Shown: positions 1-9,881 of the stretch, piece by piece
How the letters are laid out: every line of letters begins with the position of its first letter
Numbering within the stretch: the stretch's first letter is position 1
Assembly: GCA_963825975.1 (NCBI GenBank)
Contig: CAWGUZ010000012.1
Coordinates: 250,914-274,913, forward strand
Direction: 5' to 3'
Source: an uncultured Actinomycetota bacterium
GTDB lineage: Bacteria > Actinomycetota > Actinomycetes > Mycobacteriales > Nakamurellaceae
Length of the DNA: 24,000 bases
Made by a program: the position numbers and the translations under genes
The notes under the pieces: generated by a model
What the model saw: only the letters and a program-made list of their open reading frames with translations
What the model was told of the DNA's origin: nothing
Database searches by the model: none

Positions 1-449
<449 letters not shown>

Positions 450-453
<4 letters not shown>

Positions 454-1331
454 CGCTGCCGCCCCTGCACGTCGCCCGGGGATGACAGCTTCGACGACGA
501 TGTGGGCGACTGTCTGGGCGACGGCTTGGACGACCGTGTGGACGACTGCGTGGGCGACGGCGCGGACGAGAGATCCTCCAGAACGGCCACTGTGGCCGCC
601 CACGCCGCAGACGCCGGATCGATCAGACCCATGTGCCCACCGCTGACCTCAATCAAGGCGGCGTCGACCCCGGCCGACCGTGCCGCCGCCACGTAGCGCG
701 CGCTGTAGTCGAATGGCACGTCGTCGTCGTCTTGGGCGTGTATGGCGCGGATCAGCGCGTTCAGCGGCAGTCGGACCATCGGATCGGTCGAGGCGTATCG
801 GTCTGGATGCGACGCAGGGGTGCCGCCCATGAAGTCGAGGACCGCGCCGGCCCCCAGCCGGTCCTCGGCGCCGGCGGCGAGGCACAGCACGCCGGCTTGA
901 CTCACTGCGGCGTTGACGGTGGCTCGGGGACTGGAGCCCGGTGCACTCAGCGGTAGCCGGTCGCGGGCGGCAGCCCACACCGCGAGCTGACCGCCGGCGG
1001 AGTGGCCGAGGGTGATCACCCGCTGTGAGCCGAACTCCGGCAGGTCGGCGAGCCGGTCGATTCCGGCCGCCACGTCCAGGAATGTCGAAGGCCAGCCGCC
1101 ACCGTCACCCACCCTTCGGTACTCGAGATTCACTGCTACATACCCGCGGCGAGCAAGGTCCAGGCACAGCGGCACACCCAATTCCGCGTCGTATCGGGCG
1201 CGCCAGAAACCGCCGTGAATCACGACGACCACCGCAGTCGGCGCACGGTGCCAGGTCGCGTCTGGTCGATAGATCTCGATCCACTGCGCGGGGTGGCTGC
1301 CGTAGCTCAATCGATGCTGACGCACCGGCAC
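450..1331 (-). CDS. alpha/beta hydrolase (carboxylesterase/lipase-like)
   Basis: ORF 450..1730 contains VVVVIHGGFWRARYD (oxyanion HGGxW), GHSAGGQLAVWAA (nucleophile elbow GHSAGG) and SGGHMGLIDP (catalytic His). The upstream part is antisense to the TPM gene, so a GTG start at 1331 (VPVRQHRLSYG) is preferred. Confidence 0.8.
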
Positions 1332-1380
1332 GGGCGAACCCGGCGGTGCGTCTGCTGGTCGAGAACCCGCGATTTCCGAT

Positions 1381-2799
1381 TCAGAACCCGCGACTGCCAC
1401 CACCGCCGCCGAAGCCACCGCTACCGCCGCCGCCACCGAATCCGCGACTGCCACCGCCGCCACCGAATCCGGTACTGCCGCCCCCACCACGGCGACCGCC
1501 GCCGCCCCCGCCGCCGAAGCCGCCGCCGAAGCCGCCACCCCATCCCGAACCCCAGCCCCCGCCGCCGCGACGACGGCGACCGTAACCGCCTCCGGACCCG
1601 CCGAAGCCGCCGAAGCCGCCGCCGGACCCGCTGTTGCGATTGGACTCGTCTCGACGGCGCTTCTCCTCGGCTGCCTGCGCTTTCGCGATCGCGGCCAATC
1701 GGGCGTCCACTTCGGCCTGTTTGGATCCAAGCGCGTTCGTCACGGTCTGCAGGATGGCCAAGCCGTCGCCGATCGGCAGGCTCCCGTCGAGCACGGACGA
1801 CGACATGGCCGGAAGCTTGTTCGCGAGCGGATCGGTGTCCATCGGCTGGAAATCGGCGACGCCGACCAGTTGGTGTTGAGAGCTGTCCAGGCGCTGGATG
1901 CGTTGGCGCGCTCCCGCCATCGACGCGTTCCAGAGGTCCTGCCAGCCGGTGTCGCCGCGCAGCATGGCGAGGGTGTTGGTGATCCGTGCCAGGTGCTCGC
2001 CCATGGTCGCGAGGTTGCGCTGGTCCTGATCTACGGGAACCCCGTCGCCGCTGTCGCCGCTGTCACTGCCGGTCAGCTCTTCGCGCCGGCGCAGCGTGAC
2101 GTCGACATCGGCCAGGTCGGCCTCCAGCGGGTCGCGGTGAGGACCGTCAGGGACAGTTTCGATCAACACCTCCAACTCGCTGACGCGGTCGCGCAGCTGC
2201 ACGGCGGTCAACTGGTTCTGCGCCGCCACCTCCTGCTGACGAGCGCGCTCCGCCCGCTGCGACCTGGTCTTCTTCACCCGCCGATAGAGCAGCCACCCGC
2301 CGACCAGCACCACGAGCAACACGAGCACCCAGACCCACGCGTATGACGGGGTGACCATCGACTCGACCTTGTTGATGCCCGCGACGACGCCCTGTGTCCA
2401 ACGGCCGGCGCCGAAATCCGTCGCCATCGCGTCTTGAACGGTTTGGAACTTGTCGGCAACAGCCTTGGACTCGCCGCCACCGGCATACACGCCGAGTCGT
2501 TCTGACGTCACATTGACCGCGAGGGTGACGGTGTTCGCCGCCCACGAGGTTCCCGTCCAGCCCGCCTGTCTGCCGAGCGCTTTGACTGCGGCGTCCAAAT
2601 TGGTACTGGTGCTGTCGAGGGTGACCACGATGAAGTCGATCTTGGGCACGCCCGCGGCGGCGTTGGTGACAGCGGATTGATCGAGCACGCCGGCGTTGTC
2701 GACGATGCTCACCGACCCGGCGAAGGCATTGGTCGGTGCCACCCCGGCCAGGATCAGCGTGCCGATTAGCGCGACGACGATCCTAGCCAGCAGCCTCAT
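1381..2799 (-). CDS. TPM-domain membrane protein with C-terminal Gly-rich tail
   Basis: 472 aa: signal peptide MRLLARIVVALIGTLILAGVAPTNAFA, TPM-like N-terminal domain (VSIVDNAGVLDQSAV...), a TM segment (AWVWVLVLLVVLVGGWLLYRR), a coiled/basic region and a GGGFGGFGGSGGG low-complexity tail. Confidence 0.8.
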   Translation of the reverse strand: MRLLARIVVALIGTLILAGVAPTNAFAGSVSIVDNAGVLDQSAVTNAAAGVPKIDFIVVTLDSTSTNLDAAVKALGRQAGWTGTSWAANTVTLAVNVTSERLGVYAGGGESKAVADKFQTVQDAMATDFGAGRWTQGVVAGINKVESMVTPSYAWVWVLVLLVVLVGGWLLYRRVKKTRSQRAERARQQEVAAQNQLTAVQLRDRVSELEVLIETVPDGPHRDPLEADLADVDVTLRRREELTGSDSGDSGDGVPVDQDQRNLATMGEHLARITNTLAMLRGDTGWQDLWNASMAGARQRIQRLDSSQHQLVGVADFQPMDTDPLANKLPAMSSSVLDGSLPIGDGLAILQTVTNALGSKQAEVDARLAAIAKAQAAEEKRRRDESNRNSGSGGGFGGFGGSGGGYGRRRRGGGGWGSGWGGGFGGGFGGGGGGGRRGGGGSTGFGGGGGSRGFGGGGGSGGFGGGGGSRGF

Positions 2800-3105
2800 A
2801 CCGGCCGACTGTAGTGCGCCGGTCCGACACCGGCGGTGACCGGAGGGGTGACTCCCCGTCTCACACCAAGCGTCGAGTGATCCGGGAGGATCGAGATCAA
2901 TAGTGAGCTGGATCCCCCGGATTGGGGCCCGCCAAGCGTGCTCGCGGTGGGCCGATGATCCGTCGGAGGGCCCATCACGAGATTTATCTCGGCGATCCGC
3001 GCCGCGCGACGCCGGCCAAGCTCAGGACGACATTGCGGCAGCCCGTCGAACAGCGCTGAGGGCGCAGCGGGCGTGCAGGCCTGGGATCGGCCCGATCGGA
3101 GCGGG

Positions 3106-3193
3106 TGGCGGAGGATAGGGGATTCGAACCCCTGAGGGAGTTACCCCAACACGCTTTCCAAGCGTGCGCCATAGGCCACTAGGCGAATCCTCC
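3106..3193 (-). tRNA. tRNA-Ser (anticodon GGA), CCA encoded
   Basis: The acceptor stem GGAGGAT pairs with ATCCTCC followed by GCCA. The T-arm GGGGTTCGAATCCCC, the anticodon loop cgCTTGGAAag and the long variable arm are visible on the minus strand. Confidence 0.95.
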
Positions 3194-3345
3194 GCGCAGG
3201 AGTCTACCGGCCGGACTCCGATGCTCCTGACGATCGAGGCGGCATCCACCGGCGCAGAGGGCGTCGATCATTGCGATCGGGCAATCCGATCGGGCAATCC
3301 GACAGACTCGGCGCCCGCAGCGCCCTGCGGGCGATAGAGTGGACT

Positions 3346-3433
3346 CCGGACCCCCGCGGCGTCCATCTCCTTAACTCCCCCAGGGCCGGAAGGCAGCAAG
3401 GGTCCGGGAGCTCTGGCGGGTGCGGGGGTCCCC
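3346..3433 (+). ncRNA. ffs: bacterial signal recognition particle RNA (4.5S/scRNA)
   Basis: Canonical AGGGCCGGAAGGCAGCAAGGGT apical motif. Terminal helix GGACCCCCGC (3348-3357) pairs with GCGGGGGTCC (3422-3431). Located directly upstream of dnaX. Confidence 0.92.
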
Positions 3434-3561
3434 TTATGTCCGCGGAAGATCCGGGCTCGCCATGTTGCCGCAGCGCGGACCGCGCACCCCCGCCGGTGCG
3501 CTCATCCACAGCGTCACCGCGCCGGCGGCCACTGTCGGACCGACCCCGTAACCTCGTCGTC

Positions 3562-5986
3562 GTGGCTCTCGCGCTCTACCGCAAATACCGTCCGGCGACG
3601 TTCGCCGAGGTCGTCGGTCAAGACCACGTGACGCAGCCCCTGCGGACCGCGCTCGGCGCCGGTCGGATCAACCACGCCTATCTGTTCTCCGGGCCGCGCG
3701 GCTGCGGCAAGACGTCCAGTGCCCGCATCCTGGCCAGGTCGTTGAACTGTGTGCAGGGGCCGACTCCGGATCCGTGTGGGGTGTGCTCGTCGTGCGTCGC
3801 GCTGGCCCCCGAGGGGCCCGGCTCGCTGGATGTGGTCGAGTTGGACGCCGCGTCCCACGGTGGTGTCGACGACACACGCGACCTGCGGGACCGTGCGTTC
3901 TACATGCCGGCCGAATCGCGCTACCGGGTGTTCATCATCGACGAGGCCCACATGGTCTCGCCGCAGGGCTTCAACGCTCTGCTCAAGATCGTGGAGGAGC
4001 CGCCGGAGCACCTCGTCTTCATCTTCGCGACAACCGAACCGGACAAGGTCATGACGACCATCCGGTCGCGGACCCACCACTACCCGTTCCGGTTGATCGC
4101 TCCCGCGGTACTGCGCTCGCTGCTCGAACGACTGTGCGCGGAGGAGGGTGTGCACGTCGAACCGGCGGTGTTTCCGCTGGTGATCCGGGCCGGCGGCGGA
4201 TCGGCGCGCGACTCGCTGTCGATCTTGGATCAGCTGCTGGCGGGCGCCGGGGACGAGGGGGTCACGTACCGGAGCGCGGTGTCGCTGTTGGGGGTGACGG
4301 ATGCTGCGCTGCTCGACGAGGCTGTCGACGCACTCGCCGCCCACGACGGGGCTTCGGTCTTCGGCGCCGTCGACAAGGTCGTCGAGGCGGGTCACGATCC
4401 GCGCCGGTTCGCCGCTGACTTGTTGGAGCGACTGCGGGACCTGGTGATCATCGCCGCGGTGCCCGATGCGGGCGCGAAAGGTCTCATCGACGCCCCGGAC
4501 GACCAGTTGACCGCGATGCACGGTCAAGCTGAGCGGCTCGGCGCGGGCACCTTGACCAGGCTCGCCGACGTCCTGCACACCGGGCTCACGGAAATGCGCG
4601 GGACCACCGCGCCCCGCCTGGCGCTGGAGCTGATGTGCGCCCGCATGCTGCTGCCCGCCGCGTCGACGGGGGAGGGTGCCCTGGTGCAGCGGTTGGAACG
4701 GCTGGAGCAGCTGTTCGCTGCCGGCGGTGCGCAGAGCCCGGCAACCGCGAACCCGTCTTCGACACCAGGAACCCAGCCGAAGACGGCGCCGAGGCAGGGT
4801 GTGGCGAAGATTCCGCCCGTCACACCGCCCGCTGTCACACCGCCCGCTGTCACACCGCCGTCGATCGCGCAACCGGTCGGCACTCCTGAGCCGGGCAGCC
4901 CCGCTGACCGCCCATCGCCGGACGGTCCCGCGCCGCGAGCGCCCGCCGCGCAGCGGGCCGCCGGCTATCGGCGCCCGTCTGCTCGGGCGGAGTCGGCAAG
5001 CCCCCAGGCTTCGCCCGCTGACTCGCCGGCCGATCGGCGCCCGGCAGGTGGTCCGTCCACGACGTCGTCCGCCGCGATGTCGGCACTCGGTCTGCCGCCG
5101 CCCCCCGTTCTGTCCAGTGGCGGAGCCACCCCGGACCGCACCCCGGCCCCGACCATTCCGGTCGAACCGCCGCTGCCCGCCGACTCGCTGCCGCCCGCAG
5201 ACGACTGGCAACCGCCGGACGAACCGCCCGACGAGGCGGAGTTCGGCGATCCACCGTCGGTATCGGACGCCGGCAGCGGTGGCCCGGGGTCGCCACCGAT
5301 CGGATCACCGGCGGCCGAATCGCTTGCACCCGGGGCGCCTGAGACCGGGGCGCCTAGCGACCGGGGCGCCTGAGACCGGGGCGCCTGAGACCGGGGCGCC
5401 TGCACCCGGGGCGCCTGCAACTGGGGTGCCTGCAACCGAGTCACCCGCAGCCGGGTCGCCGGTTAGTCCGCCGCCGGCTCAGACGAACCAGGCAAGCCGG
5501 CCTTCGGCGAAGGGCGATGACCTGGATGTCACGGACGCCCGGCGAGTGTGGCCGGAGATCCTCGCCGCTGTGCAGCGGCGGCGCCGCGCGACCCAGATAC
5601 TCCTCGCCTCGGCGACTGTCGTCGACATGAAGGCGGGCGTACTCATGCTTGAGATGCCGTCGGCCGGGATGGCTAAACGCGTCGTCGAACAGGGCAACGC
5701 GTCGCTGCTCCGGGAGGCTGTGAAGGAAGTACTCGGGGTGGAATGGGCGATCCGCTGCGAATCGCCTTCAGGGTCGCCGCCGCCGGCTGCTGCGTCCGCG
5801 CGCCCCAATCTGACGGTGGTGCGAGACGCGCCGCCGACGCCCGACGACGACGTCCCAGACGACTACGACGCCGGTGCGAAACCGCAGGCGTCGGGAGACT
5901 TCGCGGTCCACGACCCGGAGGCGGCGGCGATCGAACTGCTGACTCGTCAACTCGGCGCCCGGCGGCTGGATCCCGACAAGTCGTAA
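3562..5986 (+). CDS. dnaX: DNA polymerase III subunit gamma/tau; reading frame interrupted at ~5356-5373
   Basis: MALALYRKYRPATFAEVVGQDHVTQPLRTALGAGRINHAYLFSGPRGCGKTSSARILARSLNC... is a textbook DnaX N-terminus with Walker A and Zn-binding Cys. Frame 1 stops at 5373. The downstream frame (ORF 4676..5986) carries the Tau C-terminal region (VTDARRVWPEILAAVQRRRRATQILLASATVVDMKAGVLMLEMPSAGMAKRVVE...). Confidence 0.93.
5326..5431 (+). repeat. 15-bp coding minisatellite in dnaX (consensus GAGACCGGGGCGCCT, encoding ETGAP/APGAP)
   Basis: Seven adjacent units: 5326-5340, 5341-5355, 5356-5371 (16 nt, AGCGACCGGGGCGCCT), 5372-5386, 5387-5401, 5402-5416, 5417-5431. Confidence 0.95.
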
Positions 5987-6020
5987 CCGACGACAGGTCG
6001 TAGAGGACGGTCAGTCCGGC

Positions 6021-6656
6021 TCAAGCGCCGCGGGCGATCCATGCCTCCAGATTCGGCTTCTCGGCTCCGATCGTGGTGGAGTCGCCGTGCCCCGTTCGGA
6101 CCTCCGTCTCGGTGGGCAAGGTGAGCAGCCGCGTCGAGATCGACTCGATGATGGTCTCGAAGCTGCTGAACGATCTGCCCGTGGCACCGGGGCCGCCCTG
6201 GAAAAGGGTGTCTCCGGTGAAAACCACGCCTAGTTCTGATGAATAGAGGCAGCAGCTGCCGGGGCTGTGACCGGGGGTGTGGATCACCGTGAGGGTGACC
6301 CCCGCGACATCGATCAGCTGCCCGTCCTGCAGGTCGGCGTCCGGTGTGTCGTCGGGATGCGCGAGTTCCCAGAGGGGCCGGTCTGCCGGGTGCAACAGGA
6401 TCGGCGCTCCGGTCTGCGACCGCACCGTCGGGGCCGCGTCGACGTGGTCGTCGTGAGCGTGGGTGCACACCACGGCCCGCACCGTACGGCCGGCCACCAT
6501 CGCCAGAATCGCGTCCGCGTCGTGCGCGGCGTCGATGATCACCACCTCGTGATCGTCACCCACGATCCAGACGTTGTTGTCCACGTCCCAGCTTCCGCCG
6601 TCGAGGTGGAACGTGCCGGACGTGGTGAGGTGTTCGATTCGCGCCATGACGTCCAC
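6021..6656 (-). CDS. MBL-fold metallo-hydrolase (glyoxalase II-like)
   Basis: 211 aa ORF with THAHDDHVDA (HxHxDH), HTPGHSPGSCC, FTGDTLFQGG and TGHGDSTTIG metal-binding motifs. The start could instead be the internal MARIEHL. Confidence 0.9.
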   Translation of the reverse strand: MDVMARIEHLTTSGTFHLDGGSWDVDNNVWIVGDDHEVVIIDAAHDADAILAMVAGRTVRAVVCTHAHDDHVDAAPTVRSQTGAPILLHPADRPLWELAHPDDTPDADLQDGQLIDVAGVTLTVIHTPGHSPGSCCLYSSELGVVFTGDTLFQGGPGATGRSFSSFETIIESISTRLLTLPTETEVRTGHGDSTTIGAEKPNLEAWIARGA

Positions 6657-6780
6657 TTCTAGCAGATCCCGCCGCGGGTCATTTCGTCCCGGTGCATCAA
6701 GGTAAGGGACCGTGGTCCGCCGCCGGGCCGGAACGATCAGTGATCCGTGGTGGCTTCACACTCATCCGAAGGAGCGGCGA

Positions 6781-7074
6781 TCACGAGCGCACCAACCGAG
6801 CGATCGCGGCCGAGGCCTCGGCGACCTTGGCATCGGCTTCGGGGCCGCCCTCCTTCGCAGCCCGCACGACGCAGTGGCTGAGGTGTTCGTCCAGCAGGCC
6901 GAGTGCGACCGACTGCAGGGCTTTCGTCATCGCGGAGACCTGCGTGAGGATGTCGATGCAGTACTGCTCCTCTTCGACCATCCGCTGCAGACCGCGGGCT
7001 TGGCCCTCGATCCGGCGGAGCCTGGTGAGATAGACGTCTTTGCTGTGGATGTATCCATGGGTTCCATCGGCCAT
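6781..7074 (-). CDS. csoR: CsoR/RcnR-family metal-sensing transcriptional repressor (probably copper)
   Basis: MADGTHGYIHSKDVYLTRLRRIEGQARGLQRMVEEEQYCIDILTQVSAMTKALQSVALGLLDEHLSHCVVRAA: RRIEGQ, Cys and HxxxC positions typical of CsoR. Divergent from copZ-copA. The start is trimmed from the 7125 ORF to MADG at 7074. Confidence 0.9.
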   Translation of the reverse strand: MADGTHGYIHSKDVYLTRLRRIEGQARGLQRMVEEEQYCIDILTQVSAMTKALQSVALGLLDEHLSHCVVRAAKEGGPEADAKVAEASAAIARLVRS

Positions 7075-7116
7075 GACCAGGGTCCTCCTTCGGTGCGGAT
7101 CGTGCCGACGTTCACG

Positions 7117-7157
7117 ATACCCCATGGGGGTTTACACCGACACCCCCTAGGGGTATA
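7117..7157. promoter_or_regulatory. two CsoR-like operator palindromes in the csoR/copZ divergent intergenic region
   Basis: ATACCCCATGGGGGT (from 7118) and ACCCCCTAGGGGTATA (core CCCCTAGGGG 7144-7153) have the G/C-tract palindrome layout of CsoR sites. Confidence 0.7.
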
Positions 7158-7205
7158 ACTGTTGGTAGGCCGAATCGCCTGTAGTCCGATCGAGAGGAAC
7201 GAATC

Positions 7206-7424
7206 ATGTCCACGTCAACGACGTACGCGGTTTCCGGTATGACCTGCGGTCACTGCGTGTCTGCGGTCACCGAGGAGATCAAGAAGCTTGAGGGAGTCAG
7301 CGATGTCGCCATCGAGTTGAACACGGGCGGGGAGTCAGCCGTCTCGGTGACCAGTGCCGCACCGCTGTCGGTCGAGACCGTGCGCGACGCTGTCGACGAG
7401 GCCGGATACACCCTCGTCGACTGA
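7206..7424 (+). CDS. copZ: heavy-metal-associated (HMA) copper chaperone
   Basis: 72 aa with [15 protein letters not shown] (MxCxxC) and C-terminal AGYTLVD. RBS GAGAGGAAC lies upstream of ATG 7206. Confidence 0.93.
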   Translation: MSTSTTYAVSGMTCGHCVSAVTEEIKKLEGVSDVAIELNTGGESAVSVTSAAPLSVETVRDAVDEAGYTLVD

Positions 7425-7482
7425 CGAATCGCGGCCGGACGGTCCGAAAGACAGCACCACAGACGGTTGGAAGGGTTGCGGA

Positions 7483-9777
7483 ATGACTGAGCAGACGGTG
7501 GATCTGGAGATCGGCGGCATGACGTGCTCGTCGTGCGCGATGCGGATCGAGAAGAAACTGAACCGGATGCCGGGCGTCGAGGCGACGGTGAACTACGCGA
7601 CCGAGAAGGCGCATGTGGTGCTGCCGTCGGGAACCGATGTGGCGGCCGCGATCGCCACCGTCGAGGCGACCGGATACACCGCCACGGTGCCCCAACCGCC
7701 GCGCGCGGCCCCCGCACATGGATCCGCGTCGACCGAACCACGTGACGCCGCAGGCACTCTCGACTCCGAGAGCGCGGTGGACCCCGAGGTCGCGTCGTTG
7801 TGGAATCGGCTGCTGATCTCAATGGTGTTGACTGTGCCGGTGCTGCTGCTGGCCATGGTGCCGCCGCTGCAGTTCACCAATTGGCAGTGGTTGAGTCTGA
7901 CGCTGGCGTCGCCGGTGGTGGTGTGGGGTGCGTTGCCCTTCCACCGGGCGGCGTGGGCGAATCTGAAACACGGTGCGGCGACCATGGACACCCTGATCAG
8001 CGTCGGTGTGCTCGCCGCCTTCGGGTGGTCGCTGTACGCGCTGTTCCTCGGTGACGCCGGGATGCCGGGGATGCGGATGACGTTCACGCTGATTCCGCAG
8101 CGGGGTTCCGGTGGCGGTGAGATCTACCTCGAGGTGGCGGCCGCCGTCACCGTGTTCATCCTGGCCGGCCGCTACTTCGAAGCCCGCGCCAAGAAGAACT
8201 CGAGCGCCGCGTTGCGGGCGTTGCTGAACATGGGCGCGAAGGACGTCGCGGTCCTGCGGGACGGCGTGGAGCAGCGAATCGCGGTGGAGCTGCTGGTGGT
8301 GGGGGACTCGTTCATCGTCCGCCCCGGCGAGAAGATCGCCACCGACGGAGTGGTGGCCGAAGGTGCCTCGGCGGTCGACGCGAGTCTGCTCACCGGTGAG
8401 CCGGTGCCGGTCGAGGTCGGTCCCGGCGACGCGGTGACCGGAGCCACCGTGAACGTGGGGGGCCGGTTGGTGGTCCGCGCGACTCGGATCGGAGCCGACA
8501 CCCAGCTGGCGCAGATGGCCCGCCTGGTGGAGCAGGCCCAGTCCGGCAAGGCCCCCGTCCAGCGACTGGCCGACCGGGTCTCCGCGGTCTTCGTCCCGGT
8601 GGTGATCGTCCTGGCGCTGGCCACCCTGGCGTACTGGCTCGTCACCGGCGCGACCGCCGAGGCGGCGTTCACCGCCGCCGTGGCGGTGCTGATCATCGCC
8701 TGCCCCTGCGCCCTCGGGTTGGCGACCCCGACCGCGTTGCTGGTCGGCACCGGCCGTGGAGCTCAACTGGGCATCCTGATCAAGGGGCCGCAGATTCTGG
8801 AGTCGACCCGGCGGGTCGACACCATCGTGTTGGACAAGACCGGCACGATCACGACCGGCCGGATGCGGCTGCTGGCCGTGCATGCGTCGGTGGACACCGA
8901 CGAGGGTGATCTGCTGCGGATGGCCGGTGCGCTGGAAGACGCATCCGAGCATCCGATCGCCGCGGCGATCGCCGCAGCCGCCCGAGACCGGGTCGGTGCG
9001 CTTCCCGCGGTCGAGTCGTTCGAGTCCACCCGCGGGTTGGGTGTGCAGGGTGTGGTGGACGGGCATGCGGTCGTCGCCGGCCGGACCTCCTGGCTCGCCG
9101 ACCAGTGGGCGCAACCCCTGGCCGCGGACCTCGACGGGATCCGCGGCGCGGCGGAGTCGGTGGGCCGCACGGTCACCGCGGTGAGCTGGGACGGCCGGGT
9201 CCGTGGCCTGCTCGTCGTCGGCGACACCGTGAAACCGACCAGCGCGCAGGCTGTCTCCGAGCTGCGTGAGCTCGGATTGAGCCCGGTGCTGCTCACCGGC
9301 GACAACCGGGGCGCCGCAAAGGCGATCGCCGCGGAGGTGGGCGTGGACGAGGTCATCGCCGAGGTGCTGCCCGCGGACAAGGTCGACGTCGTCCGCCGGC
9401 TGCAGGAACAGGGCCGGGTGGTGGCCATGGTGGGGGACGGCGTCAACGACGCCGCCGCCCTGGCACAGGCCGACCTCGGCATCGCCATGGGCACCGGGTC
9501 GGATGCGGCGATCGAGGCCGGTGACCTGACCCTGGTGCGGGGCGACCTGCGCGGGGCGGTCGACGCGATCCGGCTCGCCCGGCGCACCCTGGGCACGATC
9601 AAGGGCAACCTGTTCTGGGCCTTCGCCTACAACGTCGCGGCACTGCCGTTGGCCATGGCGGGGCTGTTGAACCCGCTGATCGCCGGCGCGGCGATGGCGT
9701 TCTCGTCGGTGTTCGTGGTGACCAACAGCCTGCGACTGCGCCGCTTCCGGGCGGTCTCGACCTCGCCGACTGCCTGA
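7483..9777 (+). CDS. copA: copper-translocating P1B-type ATPase
   Basis: Start [25 protein letters not shown] (HMA domain). Contains the ion-binding CPC motif ([21 protein letters not shown]), the phosphorylation DKTGTIT, HP motif EHPIAAAI and hinge [10 protein letters not shown]. Confidence 0.95.
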   Translation: MTEQTVDLEIGGMTCSSCAMRIEKKLNRMPGVEATVNYATEKAHVVLPSGTDVAAAIATVEATGYTATVPQPPRAAPAHGSASTEPRDAAGTLDSESAVDPEVASLWNRLLISMVLTVPVLLLAMVPPLQFTNWQWLSLTLASPVVVWGALPFHRAAWANLKHGAATMDTLISVGVLAAFGWSLYALFLGDAGMPGMRMTFTLIPQRGSGGGEIYLEVAAAVTVFILAGRYFEARAKKNSSAALRALLNMGAKDVAVLRDGVEQRIAVELLVVGDSFIVRPGEKIATDGVVAEGASAVDASLLTGEPVPVEVGPGDAVTGATVNVGGRLVVRATRIGADTQLAQMARLVEQAQSGKAPVQRLADRVSAVFVPVVIVLALATLAYWLVTGATAEAAFTAAVAVLIIACPCALGLATPTALLVGTGRGAQLGILIKGPQILESTRRVDTIVLDKTGTITTGRMRLLAVHASVDTDEGDLLRMAGALEDASEHPIAAAIAAAARDRVGALPAVESFESTRGLGVQGVVDGHAVVAGRTSWLADQWAQPLAADLDGIRGAAESVGRTVTAVSWDGRVRGLLVVGDTVKPTSAQAVSELRELGLSPVLLTGDNRGAAKAIAAEVGVDEVIAEVLPADKVDVVRRLQEQGRVVAMVGDGVNDAAALAQADLGIAMGTGSDAAIEAGDLTLVRGDLRGAVDAIRLARRTLGTIKGNLFWAFAYNVAALPLAMAGLLNPLIAGAAMAFSSVFVVTNSLRLRRFRAVSTSPTA

Positions 9778-9798
9778 ACTCACGGCCGGAGCTTCAAG

Positions 9799-9842
9799 AT
9801 CGGGGAGGATTGTGATCACATACGATCACAATCCTCCCCGAT
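9799..9842. terminator. bidirectional intrinsic-type terminator hairpin between convergent copA and ppdK
   Basis: Perfect 19-bp inverted repeat ATCGGGGAGGATTGTGATC (9799-9817) / GATCACAATCCTCCCCGAT (9824-9842) with a 6-nt loop. Confidence 0.75.
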
Positions 9843-9881
9843 TCTTGCGTCCGGCTGCTCCCGGCCGCCCAAACTGCGCCG

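Noticed and set aside
2840-2945. Imperfect inverted repeats (GATCCGGGAGGATC / GATCCCCCGGATT) upstream of the TPM gene
   Set aside because: Imperfect and not placed like a clear operator or terminator; too weak to call.
3514-5211. 565-aa minus-strand ORF antisense to dnaX
   Set aside because: Low-complexity Arg/Gly-rich composition typical of shadow ORFs in high-GC DNA; the plus strand encodes clear DnaX.
5326-5431. Possible CRISPR-like array from the regular repeats
   Set aside because: Contiguous 15-bp units without spacers, in a coding linker; it is a minisatellite.
7819-9819. 666-aa minus-strand ORF antisense to copA
   Set aside because: No recognisable domain, Arg/Gly/His-rich, mirrors the CopA codon pattern, and copA motifs are unambiguous.
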